This document shows, one piece after another, positions 47,201 to 56,056 of a stretch of 64,000 nt of DNA. Position 1 is the stretch's first letter, and the number at the start of each line of letters is the position of its first letter. Source of the DNA: an uncultured Gammaproteobacteria bacterium (GTDB taxonomy: Bacteria; Patescibacteriota; Patescibacteriia; Magasanikbacterales; GWA2-37-8). The position numbers were made by a program, and so were the translations under genes. The notes below the pieces were generated by a model, which saw only the letters and a list, made by a program, of their open reading frames with translations, was not told where the DNA came from and made no database searches. The stretch spans positions 70,512 through 134,511 of the forward strand of contig CAZEEW010000001.1 in the NCBI GenBank assembly GCA_964511375.1, in the 5' to 3' direction.

Positions 47201-47678
47201 TACTGGTGAACCTTTTGATAACCCCGTTACTATCGGTTACAACTACATGTTGAAGTTGAACCACATGGTTGAAGACAAGATCCACCAACGTTCTATTGGC
47301 CCTTACAGTTTGATCACTCAACAGCCATTGGGCGGTAAAGCACAATTCGGTGGTCAGAGATTTGGTGAAATGGAAGTTTGGGCTTTGGAAGCATATGGTG
47401 CTGCCCATACTTTACAAGAAATGTTAACCATTAAGTCCGATGATGTTCCCGGTCGCTCTAAAGCTTATGAAGCGATCATTAAGGGTGAGCAAGTATCTCG
47501 TGTTAACATCCCTGAATCATTTAACGTTTTGGTCCGCGAACTTAAAGGTCTGGGCCTGGACGTCGAGTTATTAAGCCGTAGTGAATCTGGTCAGTATTTG
47601 CCTACTGAAGAAGTAAAGCGTGAAAAGGCAGAGACTGAAGAAGCGGCTCCGGTCGAAGCGCCGGTTCAAGCCGAGTAA
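44253..47678 (+). CDS. rpoB: DNA-directed RNA polymerase beta subunit.
   Basis: It is 1141 aa with conserved RpoB blocks throughout. Confidence 0.97.
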   Translation: MSIYKHKPVSSAPRRFFNGREGVMPLPDLIELQKDSYGWFLKFGVKELFEEVSPITDFTGRDLELYLEDYYLDEPRFDEVVCRTRNITFEAPLRITARLVNKRTGQSKSQEIYLGEIPVMTNRGTFIVNGIERVVVSQLIRSAGAFFTAENVRGRRFYGAKIIPNRGAWIEVETDMNNVLWVKVDRKRKVAATSILRAFGYENDDEIKKLFEDVNTNPHIDYVDATIKKDLAKNRDEGLIEVYKRIRPGDLATADNAKSLIEAMFFNFERYDLGRVGVYKFNTKFDLGYTEGDFDQKDNRVLSPEKLLLVLKEVVRLNVTQEEPDDVDHLGNRRVRSVGELVQNRFRIGLARMERIIKDRMSTYDVEQLSPNKLINARPVTSAIREFFMSSQLSQFMDQTNPLSELEHKRRLSALGPGGLSRDRAGFEVRDVHTTHYGRICPIATPEGPNIGLVNHLSSYARINEFGFIETPYRKVLREVENDPKLLVGEILRGDIEGLKDGTKITEDVAKKLAKSSLKRIPVKPRLTNEIVYLNSFKEEKVVTAAASTKVDADGYFVDEMIAARVNGKAGVGRSEDVEYIDVAPHQIVSIATACIPFLEHDDATRALMGTNMQRQAVPCINPEPPLVGTGVEREAALYTGHIVVADADGDITEMDGSKIVLTTKKGEKFTYNLNKFVRSNSSTCINQHPCVNVGDKVKKGDVLSDGPSVRDGEMALGRNVLVGYMVWDGFNYEDAVIISERVVQKDAYTSIHIEDYTIDVRETKLGPEVVTSDIPNVSEEKLKNLDSEGIVRIGAEVKSGDILVGKITPKGETELSAEERLLRAIFGEKARDVRDSSLYLEHGEHGKVIGIQIFSAEAGDKLEPGVIKQVQVTVADMRKVQVGDKMSGRHGNKGVISKVVPVADMPFMEDGTPLDIILSPLGVISRMNLGQLLENHLGLAANALGYKVATPVLDGMTEEQIKAELKKAGLPEGGQVTLCDGRTGEPFDNPVTIGYNYMLKLNHMVEDKIHQRSIGPYSLITQQPLGGKAQFGGQRFGEMEVWALEAYGAAHTLQEMLTIKSDDVPGRSKAYEAIIKGEQVSRVNIPESFNVLVRELKGLGLDVELLSRSESGQYLPTEEVKREKAETEEAAPVEAPVQAE

Positions 47679-47703
47679 CGGCCTTAATTCACCTTAAATA
47701 GTC

Positions 47704-50700
47704 ATGAAAAATATGTCACGCGATTCACTCCATTCAATTGACTTCGATGCCATTCGTCTTAGGCTGGCCTCTCCTGACATTATCCGCAATTGGTCATACG
47801 GTGAAGTAAACAAACCAGAAACCATTAACTACCGCACCCAGAAACCTGAGAAGGGTGGTTTGTTTGCCGAAGAAATTTTTGGTCCGACCAAAGACTGGGA
47901 ATGTTATTGTGGAAAGTATAAAAAGATTAGATATAAAGGTATTGTCTGCGACAAGTGTGGTGTAGAAGTTACTCACTCCTTAGTTCGCCGAGAACGCATG
48001 GGTCACATCGAACTGGCTGCTCCAGTCTCCCACATTTGGTTCTTACGTTCAGTCCCATCCAAAGTTGGTTTGGTTTTAGACCTTTCGGCTCAGGCTTTGG
48101 AAAAAGTTATTTACTTCGCTTCATTTGTAATAACTCAAGTCGATGAAGAAGGTAAGAAATTAGCTTCTGATCAATTACGTCAAGAATATAAGTCCAAACG
48201 CAAACAGATCGAACGTGAATTAGAACAAGCCATTCAAAAGTTGAATGATGAAAAAGCTGGGAAATCTGCTTTGGACAACGCCCAACAAGAAGCTGAGCGC
48301 AAATTAAAATCTCTAGAAAATGATTTCCAACAAGCTGACAAGGAACTAAAGGAAATCCAAGTGATGAAGATTGTTTCCGAAAATCGTTACCAGGAACTTT
48401 CTTTGCGCTATGGTCATTTATTTGAAGCTTCAATTGGTGCCGAAGCCGTCCGCAACTTACTCGAGCGCATTGATCTTGAAGAAACTATTAAACGTCTAAC
48501 TGAGGAACAACAAACTGCAAAAGGTGCAAAACGTGAAAGAATCATCCGCCGTAAGAAACTACTTAAGAGTTTGTTCATGACTGGTATCCGCCCAGAATGG
48601 ATGATCATGTTAAATATCCCGGTTATCCCACCAGACTTACGTCCAATGGTTGCTCTTGATGGTGGTCGTTTTGCAACCAGTGACTTAAATGATTTGTATC
48701 GTCGTGTTATTAACCGCAACAATCGTTTACGTCGTTTGAATGAATTGGATGCTCCGGAAGTTATCTGTCGCAACGAGAAAAGAATGCTGCAAGAAGCGGT
48801 TGATGCTTTGATCGACAATAGTGCTCGCCACTCAAAGACCGTCACTGCTTCCACTGGTCAAAAGAGACAATTGCGTTCTTTGGCCGACATCTTAAAAGGT
48901 AAACAAGGTCGTTTCCGCCAGAATCTTTTAGGTAAACGTGTTGATTATTCTGGTCGTTCGGTAATCGTCGTTGGCCCAACCCTAAATATTGATGAATGTG
49001 GTTTGCCAAAACGCATGGCTCTCGAATTATTCAAGCCATTCATTATTAGTGAGATTATTAAACGTGAATTAGCTCACAACGTTCGTAGTGCTAGCCGCTT
49101 TATTGAATCGGAGCGTGATGAGGTTTGGGATATTTTGGAAGAATTAACCAAAACCACTCGCGTGCTTTTGAACCGTGCGCCAACCCTACACCGCTTAGGT
49201 ATCCAGGCTTTCCACCCTCGTTTAATCGAAGGTAAAGCTATCCAATTACATCCCTTGGTTTGTACGGCTTTCAACGCTGACTTCGACGGTGACCAGATGG
49301 CTGTACATTTGCCTTTGACTTTAGAAGCCCGCGCTGAAGCCGATAATCTTATGGCTGCAGAAAAGAATCTTTTGAAGCCAGCGACTGGCCAACCAGTTAT
49401 TACTCCTAAGCAAGACATTGCACTTGGTTGTTTCTACCTGACTCACCACAAGACCGATGATACGGCTGAAGTTAAGAAGTTCTTCTATTCACCAAAGGAA
49501 GCCTTGCTTGCTTACAAGAGCCGCGTTGTTACTTTGCACGAACGCATTAAAGTTCGTATTTCTGAAGGTTTAGAACGACACGGCAAGAGCGAACCATTCT
49601 TGCTTGAGACTTCCATGGGTCGTCTTATCTTCAACGAAGTTGTTCCCGAAGGCTTACCATATTACAACGAAACAATTAACGTTAAAAAATTAGCCATGAT
49701 CATCCGGCTTTCTCTTGAAATGAATGGCCAAGAACGTACCGCTCATTTCTTGGATGATTTAAAGAACATGGGCTATAAGTATGTCACCAAGTCTGGTTAC
49801 TCACTTGGTATGAACAACTTCCCACGTATTGATGAAAAGCCAGCGATCTTAAAAGAAAGCGATGCTCGTGTACAAGAAGTAGAAGAACAATTCCAAGAAG
49901 GTTTGTTAACTCAAGCTGAACGTCGTGCCAAGATTTTAGAAATCTGGACTGAAGCTAAAGAAAAGATTTTGGCCAATAACCAAGCAACCTTGGATAAAAA
50001 CGGTCCAGTATTCGCCATGATTGATTCTGGTGCTCGTGGTACTTGGGGTCAGCTTGGTCAGGTTATTGGTATGAAAGGTTTGGTGGTGTCTCCTTCCGGC
50101 GATATTATCGAGCTTCCGGTTAAAGGTAACTTTAAAGAAGGTTTCGATGTACTTGAATTCTTCATCTCCTCCCACGGTACTCGTAAGGGTTTGTCCGATA
50201 CCGCTTTACGTACTGCTAACGCTGGTTACTTAACCCGTCGTTTAGTAGATGTTTCTCAAGATGTCGTAGTCTTAGAAGACGATTGTGGTGATGATATCGG
50301 TGAAACCTTTACTGAAGCTCAGTCTAAAGAAATGGGTGAGAAATTGGCTGACCGTGTCTGGGGTCGTTATGTCTTAGCGGATGTTAAGACAAACGATGGT
50401 AAGGTCATTGTTAAGGCCGGTGAAGCCATTGATGACAAAGCGGCTCGCGAAATTGAAAAGAGCGGTGTTACCTCAGTGCATGTTCGTAGCGTCTTACAAT
50501 GTCATTTGCCAAAAGGTGTTTGCCGCAAGTGTTATGGCTTTGATCTCGCCCACAACGCTCCAGCTAACATTGGTGTGGCCGTTGGTGTAATCGCTGCTCA
50601 GTCTATCGGTGAACCGGGTACTCAGCTTACACTTCGCACCTTCCACACTGGTGGTGTCATGGGTGGAGATATTACCCAAGGTTTGCCCCGCGTAGAAGAA

Positions 50701-51591
50701 CTATTTGAATGTCGTGCACCAAAGCACCAAGCTGTCTTGGCTGAAGTTGAAGGAACTGTCGAAATTGATGATGCTGACGGTAAGGTTATTACTTCCGCCT
50801 CTGGCAAGAAGATCTTTGAAGGCCGCCGTGGTCAAAAAATCATCCGCATTAAGTTTGAGGGTATGGAAGAAATGAAACTCAAATTTACTGAGGAAGACGA
50901 AGTGGAAGTAAAAGATGGTGATACAGTAAATAAAGATCAGGTTCTCATGGTTCGTGGTGGATCTGGTGAAGAAATTAAAGCTAAATACGGTGGTACTGTT
51001 AAAGTTAACAAGAACACTATTATTTTAACCTACGAAGGTCCAAAGGTTCGTGAATACATCGTCCCATTGGGTTACAAAGTCACTGTTCAAGACGGACAAA
51101 AGGTAGAAAAAGGTGACCGCCTAACTGATGGTAGTATTAACCTCCAAGACCTCTTTGATCTTAAGGGTCGCCCAGCGGTGCAAAGATACGTTTTGGAAGA
51201 AGTACAAAACATCTACTCTTCTCAAGGCCAGAAGGTTAATGATAAGCACGTAGAAATCATTATCCGCCAGATGTTTAGCCGTGTCTATGTTGAAGATGCT
51301 GGTGACACAGATTTATTACCAGGTGAAGTAGTAGAGAAAGCCCAGTTAGAGATTTCTAACCGTATGGCTAAGAAAGACGGCGGTAAGACTGCTACCTGCC
51401 GCGAACTCTTACTCGGTGTTTCTCGTGTTGCTCTTTCCACCCAGAGTTTCTTGTCTTCTGCTTCCTTCCAGGAAACAGCGAAAGTTCTTATTAACACCGC
51501 TATCACTGGTAAGATTGACTATCTTGAAGGTCTTAAAGAAAATGTTATTATCGGTCGTCTTATCCCAGCTGGTACTGGTTTCAAAGGTTAA
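47704..51591 (+). CDS. rpoC: DNA-directed RNA polymerase beta' subunit.
   Basis: It is 1295 aa. It carries NADFDGD and a zinc-binding Cys cluster. Confidence 0.97.
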   Translation: MKNMSRDSLHSIDFDAIRLRLASPDIIRNWSYGEVNKPETINYRTQKPEKGGLFAEEIFGPTKDWECYCGKYKKIRYKGIVCDKCGVEVTHSLVRRERMGHIELAAPVSHIWFLRSVPSKVGLVLDLSAQALEKVIYFASFVITQVDEEGKKLASDQLRQEYKSKRKQIERELEQAIQKLNDEKAGKSALDNAQQEAERKLKSLENDFQQADKELKEIQVMKIVSENRYQELSLRYGHLFEASIGAEAVRNLLERIDLEETIKRLTEEQQTAKGAKRERIIRRKKLLKSLFMTGIRPEWMIMLNIPVIPPDLRPMVALDGGRFATSDLNDLYRRVINRNNRLRRLNELDAPEVICRNEKRMLQEAVDALIDNSARHSKTVTASTGQKRQLRSLADILKGKQGRFRQNLLGKRVDYSGRSVIVVGPTLNIDECGLPKRMALELFKPFIISEIIKRELAHNVRSASRFIESERDEVWDILEELTKTTRVLLNRAPTLHRLGIQAFHPRLIEGKAIQLHPLVCTAFNADFDGDQMAVHLPLTLEARAEADNLMAAEKNLLKPATGQPVITPKQDIALGCFYLTHHKTDDTAEVKKFFYSPKEALLAYKSRVVTLHERIKVRISEGLERHGKSEPFLLETSMGRLIFNEVVPEGLPYYNETINVKKLAMIIRLSLEMNGQERTAHFLDDLKNMGYKYVTKSGYSLGMNNFPRIDEKPAILKESDARVQEVEEQFQEGLLTQAERRAKILEIWTEAKEKILANNQATLDKNGPVFAMIDSGARGTWGQLGQVIGMKGLVVSPSGDIIELPVKGNFKEGFDVLEFFISSHGTRKGLSDTALRTANAGYLTRRLVDVSQDVVVLEDDCGDDIGETFTEAQSKEMGEKLADRVWGRYVLADVKTNDGKVIVKAGEAIDDKAAREIEKSGVTSVHVRSVLQCHLPKGVCRKCYGFDLAHNAPANIGVAVGVIAAQSIGEPGTQLTLRTFHTGGVMGGDITQGLPRVEELFECRAPKHQAVLAEVEGTVEIDDADGKVITSASGKKIFEGRRGQKIIRIKFEGMEEMKLKFTEEDEVEVKDGDTVNKDQVLMVRGGSGEEIKAKYGGTVKVNKNTIILTYEGPKVREYIVPLGYKVTVQDGQKVEKGDRLTDGSINLQDLFDLKGRPAVQRYVLEEVQNIYSSQGQKVNDKHVEIIIRQMFSRVYVEDAGDTDLLPGEVVEKAQLEISNRMAKKDGGKTATCRELLLGVSRVALSTQSFLSSASFQETAKVLINTAITGKIDYLEGLKENVIIGRLIPAGTGFKG

Positions 51592-51602
51592 TAAAATATT
51601 TA

Positions 51603-51632
51603 AAGAGCCCCATAACTGGGGCTCTTGTTTTT
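51603..51632 (+). terminator. Terminator after rpoC.
   Basis: The hairpin is AGAGCCCC-ataact-GGGGCTCT, followed by TGTTTTT. Confidence 0.75.
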
Positions 51633-51815
51633 GGCTAAAATTTGAGATAGAATAACAATATAAAACAAAAATCCTACACTTTAAAGTATAGGATCTTATG
51701 TATTCCATTTAGCTTCTCTGTAGTCTTTAGCTAACAAGTGTTTGCTAGTTAAGGGCCGGGACAGAGAAGCTGTCCGCGGGTTAAAGAGTATGGGAACAGC
51801 TAGGTGGTTCGTCGA

Positions 51816-52037
51816 TCACCGCCTTCGCTGTAGAACAGCGAGGGTAGCGATTGAGAAGAACACACCTCCCACAACCGTCACGCGCTTAGGTTCGCGCGCA
51901 AGATCGTGGAACAAGCCGTCCCCGGTAAGGTCACCGCTCGCGCAGGCCAGGAGTCCGCAGATGATGCTTGCGAACACGGCTCCAGCCACGAGAGCGAGGA
52001 CTAGCCGAACGATCGCTTGATCACACTGCTGGGTCAT
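51816..52037 (-). CDS. GC-rich small membrane protein of 73 aa (island C).
   Basis: The SD is GGAGGGG, 6 nt before the ATG on the minus strand. It has one or two transmembrane helices (VRLVLALVAGAVFASIICGLLACA). The longer ORF to 52091 starts in the AT-rich flank without an SD. Confidence 0.4.
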   Translation of the reverse strand: MTQQCDQAIVRLVLALVAGAVFASIICGLLACASGDLTGDGLFHDLAREPKRVTVVGGVFFSIATLAVLQRRR

Positions 52038-52120
52038 TTGACCCCTCCATGCCCCCGCAGGGGCAAGTTGGAATAGACAAGATTTAATCACGAAAATGAG
52101 TTATAGTCAATCACATTTTT

Positions 52121-53986
52121 ATGTATAACCGCACCAAAATTATAGTCGTAACTTCCCTAATTTTAGCTATATTTGCAGGAATTCTAGGATATTTTTATGG
52201 GCCAAAAATATCCACAGATGGCAGCGTTTTTAACAGTACTGTTGAGGCTCAAAATGATAATCCCAACACCTCAACACCGGTCGTAGGTAAAAACCATAAT
52301 CCCTATGTAAACGATTCTCGTTTGTATGATGAATTTTTTGACTACGCCAAAAAGCCTAATGCCATTAGTGATAAAATTGTCTCTGGTGTTATCCCACATC
52401 ATCTTGTCGCTGGTCACTATGTAGCTGGATTTTTCGATTCTGTACAGAACACCGATCCTGAAGTAGTAGTATTGGTTGGGCCTAATCATGGGCAGCGTGG
52501 CAATGACAATTTTGTATCCAGCTACTTAAATTGGAACACACCATATGGTGAATTAAAGACAGATGCTAAATTGGTTGGTAAATTGGAAAAAGAAGGACTG
52601 GTTAAGATTAAGCCGGAAATAATGGAGGGAGAACATAGTATTAGTTCGCTCGTACCGTTTATCAGAAAAAACTGGAAAAACACTAAAATAGTGCCAGTCA
52701 TTGTTAAAAACAACGCCACAACTTCAGAATTAGATCGATTGGTGGAGTGGATTAAAAATGAAGTAGGAGATAAGGGATTGCTTTTAACTAGTGTAGACTT
52801 TTCACACTACCTGCAAAAAGATTCGGCAGATTTTCATGATGAGTTGTCCTTAGCAGTTTTAAGATCAGGCGACTTATCTCGGGTTCGTAAGTTGGAAGTA
52901 GATAGCCCTAATAGTTTGTACTTATTACTGAAGTACAATGAACAAATGGGTGCGAAAAAGTTTGAATTTTTTTCTCATACTAATAGTGCGGACATTTTAG
53001 AAAATCCGTCCTTGCTGGAAACCACTTCTCACGTCATTGCCGGATTTAATAGAGGTGAAGCGGCAGATAAGGCTATTACAATGCAATTTTTTGGCGACAT
53101 GATGCTAGAACGCAATGTTGCTAAGGTCATGGGCGTAAAAGGACTAGATTATCTTTTTGACAAATTAAAGGCCCAAGAAAACCGCTTCTTCTATGGCATG
53201 GACTTATTAGTTGCCAACCTCGAAGGTCCGTTTGCGCCAAGTAGAGTCCCCACCACTAAGTCCATCGCTTTTCGTTTTGATCCAAAACTCGCTTCGCAAT
53301 TGTCTAAGTATGGTTTCAGCGGATTCAATATCGCCAACAACCATACCGTGGATATGGGCTGGGCGAATGTGGATTACACCAAAAAGATTTTAAAACAAAA
53401 TAATTTAAAATATTTTGGTGATCAATTACGTGAAGGGAAAGAGTATTCTTGGATTGCGGGAGAAGAAATGGGCTTACCAGAAAAAGTTGCTTTTATCGGT
53501 GTTAATAACACCGACCACGCCTTGAAGATGGCAAAGGTTAGAGAAGCGATTGAGGAAGCAAAAAAGCAGGCTAGATACATAGTTGTTAACGTCCATTGGG
53601 GAGTAGAATACCAGCGAAACTCCAGAAAGGCTGAACAAGATTTAGCGCATTGGTTTGTGGACCAAGGAGTCGATGCGGTGATTGGTCATCATCCCCATGT
53701 GATTCAAGAAATGGAAGTGTATAAAGGTGCACCAATTTTTTATTCACTTGGCAATTTCATCTTTGACCAATATTTTTCAACGGAAACACAAGAAGGTATA
53801 AGCGTTGGATTAACTTTTAGCGACGGTAAGGTGAACGACGTGTATGTCTTCCCTTTCTACGGCACGAAATCCCAGGTTCAGTTAATGACCGGTAGTCGTA
53901 AAACAAAGTTTTTTGACTGGTGGAATAAAAATAGTCGGTTGGGAGGAGAGAAATTTGAAAATGGTAAAATAACTTTAAGTGAATAA
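52121..53986 (+). CDS. Fusion protein with an N-terminal AmmeMemoRadiSam-B/Memo-like domain and a C-terminal CapA (PGA_cap metallophosphatase) domain.
   Basis: The N-terminus has a transmembrane segment plus the Memo-like region (IPHHLVAGHYVAGFF...VVVLVGPNHG). The C-terminus carries the CapA motifs (NLEGPF, NIANNHTVDMG, HWGVEY, GHHPHV, SLGNFIFDQ). Confidence 0.6.
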   Translation: MYNRTKIIVVTSLILAIFAGILGYFYGPKISTDGSVFNSTVEAQNDNPNTSTPVVGKNHNPYVNDSRLYDEFFDYAKKPNAISDKIVSGVIPHHLVAGHYVAGFFDSVQNTDPEVVVLVGPNHGQRGNDNFVSSYLNWNTPYGELKTDAKLVGKLEKEGLVKIKPEIMEGEHSISSLVPFIRKNWKNTKIVPVIVKNNATTSELDRLVEWIKNEVGDKGLLLTSVDFSHYLQKDSADFHDELSLAVLRSGDLSRVRKLEVDSPNSLYLLLKYNEQMGAKKFEFFSHTNSADILENPSLLETTSHVIAGFNRGEAADKAITMQFFGDMMLERNVAKVMGVKGLDYLFDKLKAQENRFFYGMDLLVANLEGPFAPSRVPTTKSIAFRFDPKLASQLSKYGFSGFNIANNHTVDMGWANVDYTKKILKQNNLKYFGDQLREGKEYSWIAGEEMGLPEKVAFIGVNNTDHALKMAKVREAIEEAKKQARYIVVNVHWGVEYQRNSRKAEQDLAHWFVDQGVDAVIGHHPHVIQEMEVYKGAPIFYSLGNFIFDQYFSTETQEGISVGLTFSDGKVNDVYVFPFYGTKSQVQLMTGSRKTKFFDWWNKNSRLGGEKFENGKITLSE

Positions 53987-54000
53987 CTATTAAGTTTTGT

Positions 54001-54729
54001 ATGTCAGGACATTCCAAATGGCACAATATTCAAGGACGGAAAGGTAAACAAGATGCGAAGCGTAGCAACCTATTTACTAAATTTGCTAAAGGCATTACGG
54101 TCGCGGCCCAATCTGGTGGAGGAGACCCTGAAATGAATTTCTCTTTACGCATTGCAATTGAAAAGGCTAAGGCTGTCGGTATGCCCAAAGATAATATCGA
54201 GCGGGCTATCAAACGCGGCACTGGTGAATTAAATGATGGCGTAAAAGTAGAAACAGTAATATATGAGGGATATGGACCGGGCGGTGTGGCCATACTTCTA
54301 AAAGCTTTAACTGACAATAAGAATCGAACTGTTTCAGATGTTAAACATTTGCTTTCTGAACATGGTGGCTCAATGGCTGGGCCGGGAAGCGTACTTTGGA
54401 TGTTTGAGCAGTGGGGATTAATTACTATCAGCAGATCCAGCATTACCAAAAGTCGTGATGAATTTGAATTAGAGTTAATCGAAGCTGGGGCTGAGGATAT
54501 TGCCGACGTGGAGGAAGATAAAGTTGAAATTAAAACCAAAGTAGAAAATTTACAAAAAGTTTTAGCTGCTCTTAAGACCTCTGGTATTGAACCAGAACAA
54601 TCCGGATTAGTGTGGTTGGCTAAAGACGAAGTAGATGTGACACCAGAGAATGCCGAGAAGCTGGCCGATCTCTTCGCCGAACTAGAAGACAATGATGATA
54701 TCGAAGATTATTACACCAACGCTAAATAG
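54001..54729 (+). CDS. yebC: YebC/PmpR-family transcriptional regulator.
   Basis: The N-terminus is MSGHSKWHNIQGRKGKQDAKR. Confidence 0.9.
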   Translation: MSGHSKWHNIQGRKGKQDAKRSNLFTKFAKGITVAAQSGGGDPEMNFSLRIAIEKAKAVGMPKDNIERAIKRGTGELNDGVKVETVIYEGYGPGGVAILLKALTDNKNRTVSDVKHLLSEHGGSMAGPGSVLWMFEQWGLITISRSSITKSRDEFELELIEAGAEDIADVEEDKVEIKTKVENLQKVLAALKTSGIEPEQSGLVWLAKDEVDVTPENAEKLADLFAELEDNDDIEDYYTNAK

Positions 54730-54730
54730 C

Positions 54731-55255
54731 ATGAAAGCACTACTCGAAAAAAAGACAAGAATAATTGGTATTGACCCCGGTTTTGGTCGGGTTGGTTATG
54801 GCGTAATAGAGAAGGTAGGGAGGAGAGATTGGCAAGTAGTGGATTATGGTTGCATTGAAACCGCTAAGGGGAAAAAGTTTGTCGATCGCTTAACAGAAAT
54901 ATTTGACGAGCTAAATGTTTTAGTTAAAAAATACAAACCAGAAAGAATGGCGGTTGAAAAGCTATTCTTTTTTCGTAATGTAACAACCGCAATTGAAGTC
55001 GGGCAGGCCCGAGGGGTAATATTACTTACCGCTGTTCAGAATGGACTGGAGGTAGACGAATTTACGCCGCTTCAGGTAAAGCAAGCCATTACTGGCTACG
55101 GTAAAGCAGAGAAGCCGCAGATGCAGAAAATGGTAGCTATGATATTAGGTATCAAGGAAAAAATAAAATCCGATGATGCGGCCGACGCCCTGGCGATTGC
55201 TTTGTGTGCCGGACAGAGTCTGTGGATGAATAAACTAAAAGGAGTAAAACCGTGA
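54731..55255 (+). CDS. ruvC: Holliday junction resolvase RuvC.
   Basis: The N-terminus is IIGIDPGFGRVGYGVIE. I chose an internal start because the ORF track start at 54692 overlaps yebC. Confidence 0.85.
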   Translation: MKALLEKKTRIIGIDPGFGRVGYGVIEKVGRRDWQVVDYGCIETAKGKKFVDRLTEIFDELNVLVKKYKPERMAVEKLFFFRNVTTAIEVGQARGVILLTAVQNGLEVDEFTPLQVKQAITGYGKAEKPQMQKMVAMILGIKEKIKSDDAADALAIALCAGQSLWMNKLKGVKP

Positions 55256-55262
55256 AGCACGG

Positions 55263-55291
55263 TTGACAATTTGTCTAATTTTAGCTAAAAT
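55263..55291 (+). promoter_or_regulatory. Sigma70-like promoter upstream of the island D lipoprotein gene.
   Basis: The elements are TTGACA, a 17-nt spacer and TAAAAT. Confidence 0.45.
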
Positions 55292-55398
55292 CACATTCAT
55301 ACATTGGACGTGATTTGTTTTTTAATAGCGAAAATTGCTGTTAAAAAACATGTCTCGTCCAGGGCGGACGGGAGTAAACCCGCAACGGGAGAGTTCAG

Positions 55399-55932
55399 AT
55401 GAAGAGCCTGGTGTCGTGTTTCGTGCTGGTCGCCCTGTTCCTCAACCTGTTCGGCTGCATCGAAGCGGCCGAGTTCAACCACTCCGACGCGACGACCGTG
55501 TCGGAGGACGTGGCTAGCGTCCAAGACGTCTCCTTGCCAGAGGAGAACGACATCGCCATCAAGATTCCCCGGGCGGAGTGCCCGGAGGCAACAGCCGGAC
55601 CATACACGGTCCGAGTTGTGATCGACGCCACGACCTGGGTCAGGATCTCGTCCGAGGTAGAGCGTGTCTTCCTCAGCCGGGAGCTCGATGCAGATCGGAT
55701 GGACACGGCCGAAATTCGCGTCGAGTCCGCCGGGTGCGATTTCCAGTTCGCCATCAGCAACAACTCCACGGAGGTCGCGCACGTCTCTGTGGAAGCCCCG
55801 ACAGGGGTTTCCATCACCATCCGGTACGCCCGTGGCGGATCCGAGACCGTTCCCGCGAACGGTTTCAAGCAGGCGATCGTCTACACGGTCGGTAATGTGA
55901 AGTACTACTTCCATTACCAGCCGCCGGGCTGA
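55399..55932 (+). CDS. GC-rich putative lipoprotein of 177 aa (island D).
   Basis: The SD is GGGAGAG, 6 nt before the ATG. It has a signal peptide with a lipobox (LFGC). It has GC3 bias. The antisense ORFs are composition artifacts. Confidence 0.55.
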   Translation: MKSLVSCFVLVALFLNLFGCIEAAEFNHSDATTVSEDVASVQDVSLPEENDIAIKIPRAECPEATAGPYTVRVVIDATTWVRISSEVERVFLSRELDADRMDTAEIRVESAGCDFQFAISNNSTEVAHVSVEAPTGVSITIRYARGGSETVPANGFKQAIVYTVGNVKYYFHYQPPG

Positions 55933-56056
55933 GCACCAAGGGCGGCAAGTCGCCGCCCGCGAGGCTGCCGCATCGTACTGGCCCTCGTATTCATTATTAA
56001 TCCTTTGGGGTTGGTAATGAGTACTTACTTCCAGTACGCTTGCGAATAAAAATAAA

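Noticed and set aside
44577-51708. Numerous 60-146 aa ORFs inside or antisense to rpoB and rpoC, for example 48414-48854 on the minus strand.
   Set aside because: They are shadow ORFs within highly confident, conserved RNA polymerase genes.
51742-52020. A plus-strand 92-aa ORF in island C.
   Set aside because: It is Arg/Thr/Pro-rich with no SD, so it looks like a composition artifact. The minus-strand 73-aa ORF has a GGAGG SD and a transmembrane helix.
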